The position numbers and the translations under genes are program-made. A stretch of 61,456 nt of DNA from Acidobacteriota bacterium (GTDB taxonomy: Bacteria > Acidobacteriota > Terriglobia > Acidiferrales > UBA7541), in assembly GCA_028877145.1 (NCBI GenBank), contig JAGWOX010000001.1:1-61456 (forward strand). The letters run 5' to 3'. Below the pieces are notes generated by a model. That model saw only the letters and a program-made list of their open reading frames with translations. It was not told where the DNA came from and did not search any database. Below are positions 29,944 through 39,920 of this stretch, piece by piece (the first letter of the stretch is position 1; the number at the start of each line of letters is the position of its first letter).

Positions 29944-31026
29944 CTATTTCACCCGCCTGTCATCCGTAATCCAGTTCACTTCCCAAGTCTTCCCGCCATC
30001 AACCGAAAAGGACTGCTCGAAATGAGCCAGATCGGTATTGACAACTGTCCACACGAATCGGATCAGCACCGCTCGCCCTTGGTAGAAGTCCTGCGCGTAG
30101 AACTCGCCCTGCCCCTTCTTTGTAAATTGGCCGATCTGGGGCACGCTCAAGCTGCCATCCTTGCTGGTGGCCCAATACAGCCGCCACTCGTGAGATTGGG
30201 GATCGAAGAGCCGCAGCGTTAGACCTTCGAGGTGTCCGGAAGCGGCGTCGCCCTCAAACTGTTCGAGTTGCGCGCGGCCGTCCCACACCTTTCTTGTAAA
30301 GGAATCCGCTTCAAAATCAACCCATGCATGCGAGCCAGTGAACGGATGGAGAAGCCGCTTCACGCGCATCTTCCAGGTGCCGAGCTCGAAGTCGAAATCG
30401 TGCTGACCCGCCATACCCTTGGCGGCGGGCGGCATTGCTTCGGCCGTGGCGTGATTGTCTCGCGTAAACGTCGCCACCCAATTCGGCTCCCACGTTTTCG
30501 CGCCATCGGCGGAAAATGACTGCACAAATCGAAACGAGTTCTGAGCGATATCGGAGAAGACGAAACGGACGAAGATGGTTCTGCCCTCGAACTCCTCTTG
30601 GTCGAAGAATTCCCCGCGGCCATTCTTGAATCCCCCGATCATGGCTTGGCCGAGAATGCCTTCGTTGCTGTTGGCAAAGTACACCCTCCACTCGCCGGAT
30701 TGTGGGTTGTAGAGACGAAGGCTCAATCCCTCGATGCGGGCGTGAGTGGAGGGATCCTCGACTTCCAGTTCTCCAAGATTGGCGCGTCCGTCCCAAATCT
30801 TCCTGACGATCGAAATCCCCTGGTAATCCTCCCACGCCCGAGATCCCGACAAAGGATGCACCAAACGCCTCAGATGAACTTTCCATCTCCCGAACTCGAA
30901 ATCGAAATCCCGCTGCCCGTCGTGCCCGGGCAGCGCGGCCCGTGCTGCGCCGAAGCTCGAAGGCAAGGCGAAGAGTACAAGCCCCGCCATCCCAAAAAGC
31001 CAGCCACGTTTGAATTTTGCGATCAT
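29944..31026 (-). CDS. Secreted hypothetical protein made of two tandem homologous domains of about 150 aa
   Basis: ATG 31026 follows GGGGGAGG. Signal peptide MIAKFKRGWLFGMAGLVLFALPSSFGAARA. Repeat 1 reads DFDFEFGRWKVHLRRLVHPLSGSRAW...ADGAKTWEPNWVATFTR. Repeat 2 reads DFDFELGTWKMRVKRLLHPFTGSHAW...VDGGKTWEVNWITDDRR. Confidence 0.65.
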   Translation of the reverse strand: MIAKFKRGWLFGMAGLVLFALPSSFGAARAALPGHDGQRDFDFEFGRWKVHLRRLVHPLSGSRAWEDYQGISIVRKIWDGRANLGELEVEDPSTHARIEGLSLRLYNPQSGEWRVYFANSNEGILGQAMIGGFKNGRGEFFDQEEFEGRTIFVRFVFSDIAQNSFRFVQSFSADGAKTWEPNWVATFTRDNHATAEAMPPAAKGMAGQHDFDFELGTWKMRVKRLLHPFTGSHAWVDFEADSFTRKVWDGRAQLEQFEGDAASGHLEGLTLRLFDPQSHEWRLYWATSKDGSLSVPQIGQFTKKGQGEFYAQDFYQGRAVLIRFVWTVVNTDLAHFEQSFSVDGGKTWEVNWITDDRRVK

Positions 31027-31173
31027 TTCTCGCCTCCCCCCGTGCACATTCGCATCCAAGTTCACACCCTTCGCGCCACTCTCGAGAGCATTGCCAGACC
31101 CGAACGAATGGTGAAAGATAGGGTGTAGGGTGGGTCGTGGCAATAGCCACTCTTCACCGATCGACATGACCAC

Positions 31174-32697
31174 TTGGATGTGTGCATGAAACCAGCCTCG
31201 AGCGTATTTCTGCCACCCATTGCCTTCGAGAACGGCAAAGGACGCCCCCTCTACCGGCAACTCCACGACTGGTTCCAGCGCGCCATCGCCAGCGGCCAGT
31301 TGCGCCCCGGGCAACGCGTGCCTTCGACGCGCGCACTCGCGGCCGAACTGAATATCTCGCGGATCCCCGTTCTGAATGCCTACGAGCAACTGCATGCGGA
31401 AGGCTATCTCGAAACTTTCGTGGGAGCGGGAACGCGCGTGGCGACTTCGATTCCGCGCGACGCCATCGCGGCGTCACCGGCTATCGGCCGGCCTGCGCCA
31501 CGCAAAGCAAGACGCCGAATCTCGCAAGACAGCCTGGCGGCAAGTCCCGCGGCGCCGCAGCCTTGGCTCCATATCTCTGGCGCATTCCGGATGCATGTGC
31601 CTGCCCTCGACCAGTTCCCCGTCGACGTTTGGTCGCGGCTGGTGGCGCGAAACGCGCGGAAACTCGCGGAACGAATGGCGTACGGCGATCCGATGGGATA
31701 TGCGCCCCTGCGCGAAGCAATAGCGGAGTATCTCCGCGTGGCTCGGGCGGTACGCTGCGGCCCTTCCCAGGTGATGATCGTCGCCGGATCGCAACAGGGG
31801 CTGCAGCTTTCCGCCCGCGTCTTGCTGAACCCCGGCGATCCGGTGTGGATCGAGGAGCCCGGCTACCCCGGAGCTCGTCAGGCATTCGCAACGGCACGGG
31901 CACGCCTTATCCCCGTGCCCGTCGACAAGGAGGGCCTGAACGTTGCGGAGGGCATTCGCCGCTGCCGGAACGCGCGAGCTGTCTATATCACCCCGTCGCA
32001 CCAATATCCCCTCGGTGCGACTCTGAGTGCCGCGCGCCGCGTCCAGTTGCTGGACTGGGCTTCGCGCTCCTGCGCATGGATCATCGAGGACGATTACGAC
32101 TGTGAATTTCGCCACGGAAACAGCCCGATGGCCTCGGTTCAGGGTCTCGATCCGGATGCGAGAGTCGTACACGTCGGAACCTTCAGCAAAGCCCTGTTCC
32201 CCGCCATCCGCCTGGGGCACGTGGTCGTTCCAAGCGATCTGGTCCCTGCCTTCGCCCGCGCTCGCCAGGCAGCCGATATCTTTCCTTCCACGCTCTATCA
32301 GGCGGTCCTGAGCGACTTCATCGCTGAAGGGCATTTCGCCCGCCACGCGCGCCGAATGCGAATGCTCTACAGCAACCGATGTATCGCGCTTGTGCTCGCG
32401 ATCCGGGACCAAATGGACGGCATGCTGGATATCATCGGCGCCGATGCTGGCATGCACCTGGCGGGATTGCTGCCCCGCGGGATGGACGATACAACTGTCG
32501 CGCGGAAGGCAGCCGAGAACGGCGTCGCCGCAATGCCTTTGTCGACGTGTTGTCTAAAGCGCCCGTCGAGAGGCGGCTTGGTCCTCGGCTACGGTGCAGC
32601 GGATATTCCCCAGATTCAAGCAGGAGTCCGCCGGTTGAAGATGATTCTCTGCGGCGAGATGAGTCGCCGGAAATACCGCCCGGCGATGTCGACGTAG
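31174..32697 (+). CDS. MocR/PdxR-type regulator (GntR wHTH fused to a class I aminotransferase-fold domain)
   Basis: PLYRQLHDWFQRAIASGQLRPGQRVPSTRALAAELNISRIPVLNAYEQLHAEGYLE, then an aminotransferase-like region (YGDPMGYAPLREAIAEYL...TFSKALFPAIRLG). The start may be 31186. Confidence 0.85.
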   Translation: MDVCMKPASSVFLPPIAFENGKGRPLYRQLHDWFQRAIASGQLRPGQRVPSTRALAAELNISRIPVLNAYEQLHAEGYLETFVGAGTRVATSIPRDAIAASPAIGRPAPRKARRRISQDSLAASPAAPQPWLHISGAFRMHVPALDQFPVDVWSRLVARNARKLAERMAYGDPMGYAPLREAIAEYLRVARAVRCGPSQVMIVAGSQQGLQLSARVLLNPGDPVWIEEPGYPGARQAFATARARLIPVPVDKEGLNVAEGIRRCRNARAVYITPSHQYPLGATLSAARRVQLLDWASRSCAWIIEDDYDCEFRHGNSPMASVQGLDPDARVVHVGTFSKALFPAIRLGHVVVPSDLVPAFARARQAADIFPSTLYQAVLSDFIAEGHFARHARRMRMLYSNRCIALVLAIRDQMDGMLDIIGADAGMHLAGLLPRGMDDTTVARKAAENGVAAMPLSTCCLKRPSRGGLVLGYGAADIPQIQAGVRRLKMILCGEMSRRKYRPAMST

Positions 32698-32729
32698 GAA
32701 AAAAGGATTTCCGCCCAAACTTCCTGGTC

Positions 32730-35009
32730 TCAATCCGAGAACCGGTGCGCGGCCACCATCGCCTGGCCCAGACTCAACCCGCCATCGCCCGCCGGCACTT
32801 CCGCGTGCGTGTAAACCTTAAAGCCCTCGGCACGGAGCGCATCGCACAATCCCTCAAGCAGCAGCAAGTTCTGAAAGGTCCCCCCTGACAAACACACCTC
32901 GCGCAAGCCGCTCCGATCCCGGATAAGTCGTGCCAGCCGCGAAAAAGTTTCCACCAGCCCGTTATGGAAGCGCCGGCTGATCGCGCTCGCCGGGAGCCAC
33001 ACATCCAAATCGGCGAGCAACGCTTCGAACAGAGGCCGTGTGTCGATCGCCCATCCCGCGCCTTCCGGCACGAGTCCCAGTGGATACGCGACGGTGTCGT
33101 TCGATTCGAGCGCCGCCATCTCCAGTTCGATCGCCGCCTGCGCTTCATAGTTCACCTGGCTCCTGATGCCAGCCAGCGCGGCAACGGCGTCGAACAGCCG
33201 CCCGCAGCTCGATGTGAGCGGCGAATTCAGTCCCCGCTCCACCATTTGCAACACCAGCTTGACGCTCGTGGCGTTCGTCCCGGCGAGGAACGGAAGCCCC
33301 CGGTTCAGGAACTCGCGCCCAAAGTGCTGCGCCAGATAGGCGACCGCCATCCGCCACGGTTCGCGGATCGCCGCCGCACCGCCCGGCAGCGGCACGTAGT
33401 TCAGATGCGCCACCCGCTCGAATCCGGAAAAATCCGCCAGCAGCACTTCCCCGCCCCAGATGCGGCCGTCGGCCCCGTAACCCGTGCCATCGAGTGCGAA
33501 CCCGATCACTTTTTCGTGGAGGTGGTTTTCGGCCATGCAGGCGGCGACGTGCGCGTGGTGATGCTGCACGCCCACCAGCCGCGCGCCAGTCTGTTCGAGC
33601 GCCCATTTCGTCGAAAAATAATCGGGATGGAGATCGTAAGCGATGATTTCGGGCGTAATTTCGAGAATACGCTCGAAATGTTCGACCGCTTCCAGAAAAA
33701 AGCCGTAGCTTTCGAGGTTCTCCAGGTCCCCCACGTGCTGGCTGAGAAACGCCTGGTTGCCGTGCGCCAGGCAGATCGTGTTTTTCAACTCTCCGCCCGC
33801 CGCCAGAACCGCCGGCAGTTCTTCATCCAGAAAAACCGGCACGGGCACGTAGCCCCGAGAGCGGCGCAATTGCCGCGCACCCCCTTCCGCCGGCCGCACC
33901 ACCGAATCGTCGCACCGCAGCAGGATTTCGCGATTGTGCACCAGGAAATGGTCGGCCAGCCCGCCGAGCCGCCCAACCGCTTCGCCGTTGTCGATGGCAA
34001 TAGGTTCCTCGCTCACGTTCCCGCTTGTCATCACCAACGCGGCAAATTTCCCGCGCTCGAACAGCAGATGGTGCAACGGCGTGTAAGGCAGGAAGACGCC
34101 GAGATACGCATTCGACGGCGCGACGCAGTGAGCGATAGGCGTAGGCCGCTTCGCCCGCAGCAGCACGATCGGCCGCTGGCGGCTCGTCAGGATTTCGCGT
34201 CCCGTGTCGTCGATCTCGCAAAAGCGCTCCGCCGTCTCGATGTTCGGTACCATCACCGCAAACGGCTTCTCCACCCTGCATTTCCGCTCTCGCAGCCGTA
34301 TCACCGCCGTCGAATTCGTCGCATCGGCCGCCAGATGGAATCCGCCCAGCCCTTTCACCGCAACAATTTCTCCCGCGTGGATCAGTTCCGCCGCTCTCGC
34401 CACAGGGTCGTCTGTCGCGACGGTCTTCCCTTCCCGGTCCCACAGCTCCAGTTTCGGTCCGCAGTCCCAGCACGCGTTGGGCTGGGCGTGGAAGCGGCGG
34501 TTCAGCGGATCCTCGTATTCGGCGCGACACGCCGGGCACATCGGGAAAACGGCCATCGAGGTGCTCGGCCGGTCGTAAGGGATGTCGTGAACGATCGTGA
34601 ATCGCGGACCGCAATTCGTGCAATTGATGAAGGGATAGAGGTAGCGCCGGTCGGCTGGATCGAGCATCTCGCGCAGGCAATCGTCGCAAATCGCCACGTC
34701 CGGCGAGATCAGCGTGTGCATCGCCTCGCCGGCGCGGCTGGCGAGGATCTGGAACCCGGTTTCCTCGTTCGGCGGCAGCGAGTCCACCGCGATGCCGGTG
34801 ATGCGCGAGAGCGCGGGAGCTTCCGCCGGCAGTCGATCGAGAAACCGCGCGATGCTCTCAGACGGCCCTTCCACCTCGATCGTGACGCCGGCCGCCGTAT
34901 TGCGGATCGTGCCCGCGAGCCGCTCCTCCGTAGCCAGCCGGTAGATGTAGGGCCGGAATCCGACGCCCTGCACGACCCCCGAAACGCGGATTTCCTTGCG
35001 CTCCCCCAT
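32730..35009 (-). CDS. hypF: [NiFe]-hydrogenase maturation carbamoyltransferase HypF
   Basis: Acylphosphatase domain (VSGVVQGVGFRPYIYRLA), two CxxC zinc fingers (CDDC...CTNCGPRF, CPAC...CWDCGP), a YrdC-like domain and a Kae1-like domain. Confidence 0.94.
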   Translation of the reverse strand: MGERKEIRVSGVVQGVGFRPYIYRLATEERLAGTIRNTAAGVTIEVEGPSESIARFLDRLPAEAPALSRITGIAVDSLPPNEETGFQILASRAGEAMHTLISPDVAICDDCLREMLDPADRRYLYPFINCTNCGPRFTIVHDIPYDRPSTSMAVFPMCPACRAEYEDPLNRRFHAQPNACWDCGPKLELWDREGKTVATDDPVARAAELIHAGEIVAVKGLGGFHLAADATNSTAVIRLRERKCRVEKPFAVMVPNIETAERFCEIDDTGREILTSRQRPIVLLRAKRPTPIAHCVAPSNAYLGVFLPYTPLHHLLFERGKFAALVMTSGNVSEEPIAIDNGEAVGRLGGLADHFLVHNREILLRCDDSVVRPAEGGARQLRRSRGYVPVPVFLDEELPAVLAAGGELKNTICLAHGNQAFLSQHVGDLENLESYGFFLEAVEHFERILEITPEIIAYDLHPDYFSTKWALEQTGARLVGVQHHHAHVAACMAENHLHEKVIGFALDGTGYGADGRIWGGEVLLADFSGFERVAHLNYVPLPGGAAAIREPWRMAVAYLAQHFGREFLNRGLPFLAGTNATSVKLVLQMVERGLNSPLTSSCGRLFDAVAALAGIRSQVNYEAQAAIELEMAALESNDTVAYPLGLVPEGAGWAIDTRPLFEALLADLDVWLPASAISRRFHNGLVETFSRLARLIRDRSGLREVCLSGGTFQNLLLLEGLCDALRAEGFKVYTHAEVPAGDGGLSLGQAMVAAHRFSD

Positions 35010-35015
35010 AGGCAG

Positions 35016-35693
35016 TCAGACTACGGCGGCTCGCGCGTTGAGCATCTTCTCCCGTCGCGCGCCGAGCCAGGCCATCCATGCCCCCAGTCCCATTCTCCGA
35101 GCGCAAGAAACGCGGATGATCTCGATGCCCGGATGAACCCGGCGCGCATTTTCTTCCGCCGCCGCGATGTCGAATGGAACGTATGGGAGCAGATCGACTT
35201 TGTTCAGAACCATCAGTTCCGACTTGAAAAAGATCGAGGGGTATTTCAGAGGCTTGTCCTCGCCTTCGGCCACGCTCAGCACCACAATCTTCGCCGCTTC
35301 GCCCAGATCGTAGCTCGACGGGCAAACCAGATTGCCGACGTTCTCGATGAACAGCATCTCCAGCTCGTCGAGCGCCCACTCTTCAAGTCCGCGCTCGATC
35401 ATGCGCGCGTCCAGATGACACGTTCCACCGGTGGTAATCTGCCGCACGGGGAAACCGAAACGCCGCAGCCGCCGCGCGTCGTTTTCCGTCTGGATATCCC
35501 CGGTGAGCACGGCCACGCGCGCATGAGGATTCAGGTTTTCGAGAGTGCGCTCGAGCAGCGTGGTCTTCCCCGCGCCCGGCGAGCTGATCAGGTTCGCGCA
35601 CAGCACGTTATGCGTTTCGAACCGGTCGCGCAGCGTGGCCGCCAGCCGGTCATTCTCGCTCAGTACCTTGCGCTCCAGCCCCACACGGTTCAT
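35016..35693 (-). CDS. hypB: Hydrogenase nickel incorporation GTPase HypB
   Basis: Internal ATG after GGAGG. SSPGAGKTTLLERT, ENVGNLVCP, LNKVDLL. Confidence 0.9.
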   Translation of the reverse strand: MNRVGLERKVLSENDRLAATLRDRFETHNVLCANLISSPGAGKTTLLERTLENLNPHARVAVLTGDIQTENDARRLRRFGFPVRQITTGGTCHLDARMIERGLEEWALDELEMLFIENVGNLVCPSSYDLGEAAKIVVLSVAEGEDKPLKYPSIFFKSELMVLNKVDLLPYVPFDIAAAEENARRVHPGIEIIRVSCARRMGLGAWMAWLGARREKMLNARAAVV

Positions 35694-36036
35694 GATCCTC
35701 CACCTCCAGGTACGCCAGTTCCAGCTCGTCGCCGCCCGCAAAAATCGTGTTCACTTCGCCGCACACCGGGCAGGCCACGTCGTACGATTCCACGATGAAT
35801 TCCCGCGAGCATCGCTCGCACCGGTGCCGCCGCGGCCGGTAGTCGATCTCCAGCACGAGCGGCTCCCACTCCGTCCCGCGCACCACCGCTTCCCAGCAGA
35901 ACGACAGCGCGTCGCGGTCCACTCCCGCCAGCTCGCCGATTCGCAACCCGACTTTCGTGATTCTTCCCTGCGGAAAGCGCAGCGCTTCCTTCTCGATCGC
36001 GTCCAGCAACGAATTCGCGATGGCCATTTCGTGCAC
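35650..36036 (-). CDS. hypA: Hydrogenase nickel insertion protein HypA
   Basis: MHEMAIANSLLDAIEKEA..., with CERC...CPVCG zinc motifs. The 3' end overlaps the hypB start by 44 nt. Confidence 0.88.
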   Translation of the reverse strand: MHEMAIANSLLDAIEKEALRFPQGRITKVGLRIGELAGVDRDALSFCWEAVVRGTEWEPLVLEIDYRPRRHRCERCSREFIVESYDVACPVCGEVNTIFAGGDELELAYLEVEDHEPCGAGAQGTERE

Positions 36037-36045
36037 GGGTCGCCC

Positions 36046-37107
36046 TCAGCAGATGCGCGGCAGTTGATCGCCGGCCAGCATGTCGACGATGCGCGTGGTG
36101 CCGAGCGGCGTCCGCATCGTCACCAGGCCCGGATGCGCCTCGGTAACGGTGCCGATAATGTGCGCCTCGCGTCCCAACGGGTGCTTCCGCATCGCATCGA
36201 GCACCGCCTCGGCCTTCGCCGCGTCCACGATCGCCACCAGCTTCCCTTCATTCGCCACGTATAGCGGATCGAGTCCGAGCATCTCGCAAGCCCCGCGCAC
36301 CTCTTCGCGCAACGGAATCTCGCGCTCGTCGAGTTCGATCCCCACACGCGATTGCCCCGCGATCTCGTTCAGCGAACTCGAAAGCCCGCCCCGCGTCGGA
36401 TCGCGGAAGCAGCGGAATTCCGGCGTGACGCCGAGCATCGCCGCCACGAGCGTGTGGAGCGGCGCCGTGTCGCTTTTGACCGCGCTCTCGAATTCCAACC
36501 CCTCCCGTTGCCCAAGGATGGTGATCCCGTGATCGCCGATCGTGCCGCTGAGCAGCACCCGGTCGCCCGGCCGCGCGCGATTGGCGGAAAGCTCGATTCC
36601 GTCCGGCACGAGCCCGATCCCGGAAGTGTTGATGAAAATTCCGTCCCCGCTGCCCTTCTCGACCACTTTCGTGTCGCCGGTCACCACATCCACGCCCGCG
36701 TTTCGCGCCGATTCCCGCAGCGATTTCACCACCCGCCGCAACACCTCCATCGGCAGGCCTTCCTCGATGATGAACGCCACGCTCAAAAACAGCGGCAACG
36801 CCCCACCCATCGCCAGATCGTTGATCGTCCCGTGTGCCGCCAGCGAGCCGATGTCGCCGCCCGGAAAAAACAGCGGCTTCACCACGAACGAGTCGGTGGT
36901 AAACGCCAGCCGCGATCCGTTCACCGATACCACCGCCTGATCGTCCAGCCGCCCGAGTACCGGATTCGCGAACGCCGGCAGTATCACTTCCCGCAGCAGT
37001 TCCGCGCTCAGCCGCCCACCGCTCCCGTGGCCGAGCAGGATGGAATCCTTCGAGGAATATGGAACGGGGCAGGAGAAGCCCGAAAAAATGTCCGATTCGG
37101 CCATCAT
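36046..37107 (-). CDS. hypE: Hydrogenase expression/formation protein HypE
   Basis: Internal ATGATG start overlaps the hypD stop, after [29 protein letters not shown], and a C-terminal ...PRIC. Confidence 0.92.
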   Translation of the reverse strand: MMAESDIFSGFSCPVPYSSKDSILLGHGSGGRLSAELLREVILPAFANPVLGRLDDQAVVSVNGSRLAFTTDSFVVKPLFFPGGDIGSLAAHGTINDLAMGGALPLFLSVAFIIEEGLPMEVLRRVVKSLRESARNAGVDVVTGDTKVVEKGSGDGIFINTSGIGLVPDGIELSANRARPGDRVLLSGTIGDHGITILGQREGLEFESAVKSDTAPLHTLVAAMLGVTPEFRCFRDPTRGGLSSSLNEIAGQSRVGIELDEREIPLREEVRGACEMLGLDPLYVANEGKLVAIVDAAKAEAVLDAMRKHPLGREAHIIGTVTEAHPGLVTMRTPLGTTRIVDMLAGDQLPRIC

Positions 37108-38213
37108 TGCTCCTCCCGCGCCGCCACGGCGTGCCGGCGATATTGGTAGTACGCGGCGCAAGCCCCTTCGGCCGAGACCATCGGCGCTCCGAGCGGCGAT
37201 TCCGGCGTGCAGCGCGTCGCGAACGCCGGGCAATCCGTCGGCTTTTTCAAACCCTGCAGCACCAGGGCGCTCATGCATTCGGCGGGTTCCTCGGCCGTGA
37301 TCTGTTCGAGGCCAAAAATGCGATCGGCGTCGAACGCCGCGTATTCCGGCCGCAGCCGGTAGCCGCTTTCGGGAATCGGGCCCACGCCCCGCCATTTCCG
37401 GTCGCACACGTCGAACACCTCGGCCATGATCCGCTGCGCCGGCAGATTCCCTTCGTAGTTCACCGATCGCACGTACTGGTTTTCCACTTCCGCCCGGCCC
37501 TCTTCGAGCTGGCTCACCAGCATCGAAATCGCCTCCAGCAGGTCCACCGGCTCGAACCCGCCGATGACCATCGGCACGTGGAATTCGCGCGACAGTTCCT
37601 CGTAGTCGCGATAGCCCACCACTGTGCATACGTGCCCCGGCGCGATGAATCCCTGCACGCGGTTATGTGGAGAGGAAAGCAGCAGCCGCATCGCCGGCGG
37701 CACCAGCACGTGCGACACCAACATCGAAAAGTTCGTCAGCCCTTGCCGCTTCGCCTGCCACACCGCCATCGCGTTCGCCGGCGCCGTCGTCTCGAATCCC
37801 ACGCCGAAAAACACCACCTGCCGCTCCGGGTTCTCCCGCGCCACCTTCACCGACTCCATCGGCGAATAGACCACCCGCACGTCGCCGCCCCCGGCCCTCA
37901 CCCGGAAAAGGTCTGTCCGCGAGCCGGGCACGCGCAGCATGTCGCCGTAGGAAACAAGAATCGTGTTTGACCGCGAGGCAATCTCGATCGCCTTGTCGAT
38001 CGTCTCGAGCGGCGTCACGCACACCGGGCAGCCCGGTCCGTGAACCATCTCAATGCCATGCGGCAGCAGCTCGTCGATGCCATAGCGCATCAGCGTATGC
38101 GTCTGGCCGCCGCAGATTTCCATCAGCACCCACGGACGCGTGGCTTTCCGCTCGATCTCCGCCACCAGCTTCCGCGCGATGTGCTCATCGCGATATTCGT
38201 CGATGTATTTCAT
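37104..38213 (-). CDS. hypD: Hydrogenase formation protein HypD
   Basis: [33 protein letters not shown]. Confidence 0.94.
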   Translation of the reverse strand: MKYIDEYRDEHIARKLVAEIERKATRPWVLMEICGGQTHTLMRYGIDELLPHGIEMVHGPGCPVCVTPLETIDKAIEIASRSNTILVSYGDMLRVPGSRTDLFRVRAGGGDVRVVYSPMESVKVARENPERQVVFFGVGFETTAPANAMAVWQAKRQGLTNFSMLVSHVLVPPAMRLLLSSPHNRVQGFIAPGHVCTVVGYRDYEELSREFHVPMVIGGFEPVDLLEAISMLVSQLEEGRAEVENQYVRSVNYEGNLPAQRIMAEVFDVCDRKWRGVGPIPESGYRLRPEYAAFDADRIFGLEQITAEEPAECMSALVLQGLKKPTDCPAFATRCTPESPLGAPMVSAEGACAAYYQYRRHAVAAREEQ

Positions 38214-38488
38214 CGCGAGTTTCCCCCCTGCCCGAGCGCGTCCCCAGGTGACAACTCCGCTTCGAGTACTCCCATCGATTCGAGAATCTGGTAGGTGCGC
38301 TCCGCCTCTTCGCTGTCCACGCGGCTGATCGCGAAGCCCACGTGCACCATCACGTAGTCGCCCACCGTCGCTTCGGGAACGAAATCGAGGCAGGCCTCGC
38401 GCGTGATCCCGCCAAACTGCACCTTGCCGCTGCGCACGCCGTTACGGATTTCGCTGGTAAGAATTTTCCCCGGAATGGCCAAGCACAT
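38210..38488 (-). CDS. hypC: Hydrogenase assembly chaperone HypC/HupF
   Basis: [10 protein letters not shown]-terminus. AAGGGGGA upstream. Confidence 0.9.
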   Translation of the reverse strand: MCLAIPGKILTSEIRNGVRSGKVQFGGITREACLDFVPEATVGDYVMVHVGFAISRVDSEEAERTYQILESMGVLEAELSPGDALGQGGNSR

Positions 38489-38533
38489 TCGATTCCCCCT
38501 TTCGAATCTTGAAAATCGCCCCCGATCGAACCA

Positions 38534-39058
38534 TCAAAGGTTCGAGCGCTCTCCTGCCAAAACCCTTTCCGGCGAAAGTTCGCCGGCCCACCGGGCAAGT
38601 TGCGCCACGGCCTCCTCGACAAGCGCATCGAGCGCTGCCGCCACCGGAGCGCTCAGGTCGGTTCCCCAATCCGTCGAAAGCGGCGAGACGCCCAGGAGCA
38701 CGATCTCTCTCGCAGTCGTCGATACAAGCGGCAACATCGCCAGCAGATCCGCCAGGCCCACCTGATGAACGCTCGCCGCGCCTGGCAGCCCGCGCAATTC
38801 CTCGTTGGCCATGCGCACCACCGTGCCCGGCGGCTCGCCAACGTCGATCGCGTCGAGCAGGAGCAGATGGGTGGAATCGCTGATGCAGGTGAGCAATTCG
38901 AGGCCGTAGGTGCCGCCGTCGATGAAAGTGACGCCCGCGGGCACGCGGGGATCGCGCCGGAGCCGTTCCAGCGCGTGCAAGCCAAACCCGTCATCGGTGC
39001 GAATCAGATTGCCGATTCCCACCACCACCGTTTTGGTTTTTGGACTGAATTCCACCAA
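38534..39058 (-). CDS. Hydrogenase maturation endopeptidase (HyaD/HybD/HupD family)
   Basis: VVVGIGNLIRTDDGFGLHA ... IDGGT ... LLDAID ... SVHQ. The start is TTG 39058 or GTG 39055, after AGGGAG. Confidence 0.86.
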   Translation of the reverse strand: MVEFSPKTKTVVVGIGNLIRTDDGFGLHALERLRRDPRVPAGVTFIDGGTYGLELLTCISDSTHLLLLDAIDVGEPPGTVVRMANEELRGLPGAASVHQVGLADLLAMLPLVSTTAREIVLLGVSPLSTDWGTDLSAPVAAALDALVEEAVAQLARWAGELSPERVLAGERSNL

Positions 39059-39064
39059 TTCTCC

Positions 39065-39904
39065 CTACCTGCCGCTCGTCCCAGACCGAGAACCGGCTGC
39101 GGTGCTCTTCTGCCCATGGGTCTTTCCTCGGTGCCGCCAGTACGCCCATCCGGGGCCGACGATCGGGAACTCCCTTTCGTGCCGGCTCGCCGGATCGGCG
39201 GCGAGGAAATCCGCCGGCAGGTTCTTGTAGCCGGAGAAAATTGAACCCATCAGCCCGCTGCGCTCCTCGATGGACATCAGCCACGCGCTGTAGATGTGGT
39301 GAACGAAGAAGGCCACGAGGATGAACATGATGAGGAAATGAATTTCCCGCAGATACTGGATGCCGATGAGCGAGGGTAGCCAACCGATGAAGAAGCCCAA
39401 AACGGCGCTGTGGCGCACGTGATTGAAAAGCGCCAGACCCGTCAGAACCTCGATGAAAATGAACGTGTAAATCGTTGCGTACGTGGCTCCCGCCAGCGGA
39501 TTATGTCCGACGCGGCTCTCCGGCTGACGGCGCAGGAACAGGTAGTACCGCAGCATGTTCCGCGCTCCGCGCCATTGTTCCGGATCCACCAGCAGAAACT
39601 GCCGCCATCGCGCCCACCGGTTGCCCTTGAAGAACCAGTACAAGCGCAGCAGAAACGCGGCGATGAACGTGAAGCCGGTGACTTCATGGATGAAGCGCAT
39701 CGTTCCCATGACGAATGCGTCGTGGCCGCGTGAAATGATGAAAGGGTCGTAGAGGTAGTAGCCGGTGAAGCTGAGCACCACGATCGAGAGGAAAATCACC
39801 CAATGCGCAATGCGCACCGGCCATTCCCACACGTACACGCGAACGATGTTTTCGCCGGAAACAGGACTCGCCACCCTGGCTGCCGATTGCGCTGCCGCAT
39901 TCAT
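39065..39904 (-). CDS. Ni/Fe-hydrogenase b-type cytochrome subunit (HyaC/HupC-like)
   Basis: VYVWEWPVRIAHWVIFLSIVVLSFTGYYL, plus four predicted TM helices with conserved His residues. ATG 39904 lies 16 nt after the large-subunit stop. Confidence 0.85.
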   Translation of the reverse strand: MNAAAQSAARVASPVSGENIVRVYVWEWPVRIAHWVIFLSIVVLSFTGYYLYDPFIISRGHDAFVMGTMRFIHEVTGFTFIAAFLLRLYWFFKGNRWARWRQFLLVDPEQWRGARNMLRYYLFLRRQPESRVGHNPLAGATYATIYTFIFIEVLTGLALFNHVRHSAVLGFFIGWLPSLIGIQYLREIHFLIMFILVAFFVHHIYSAWLMSIEERSGLMGSIFSGYKNLPADFLAADPASRHEREFPIVGPGWAYWRHRGKTHGQKSTAAGSRSGTSGR

Positions 39905-39920
39905 GGCTGCCTCGCTCCCT

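Noticed and set aside
32964-35798. 944-aa plus-strand ORF across hypF and hypB
   Set aside because: Antisense to well-supported HypF and HypB. Arg/His/Pro-rich composition.
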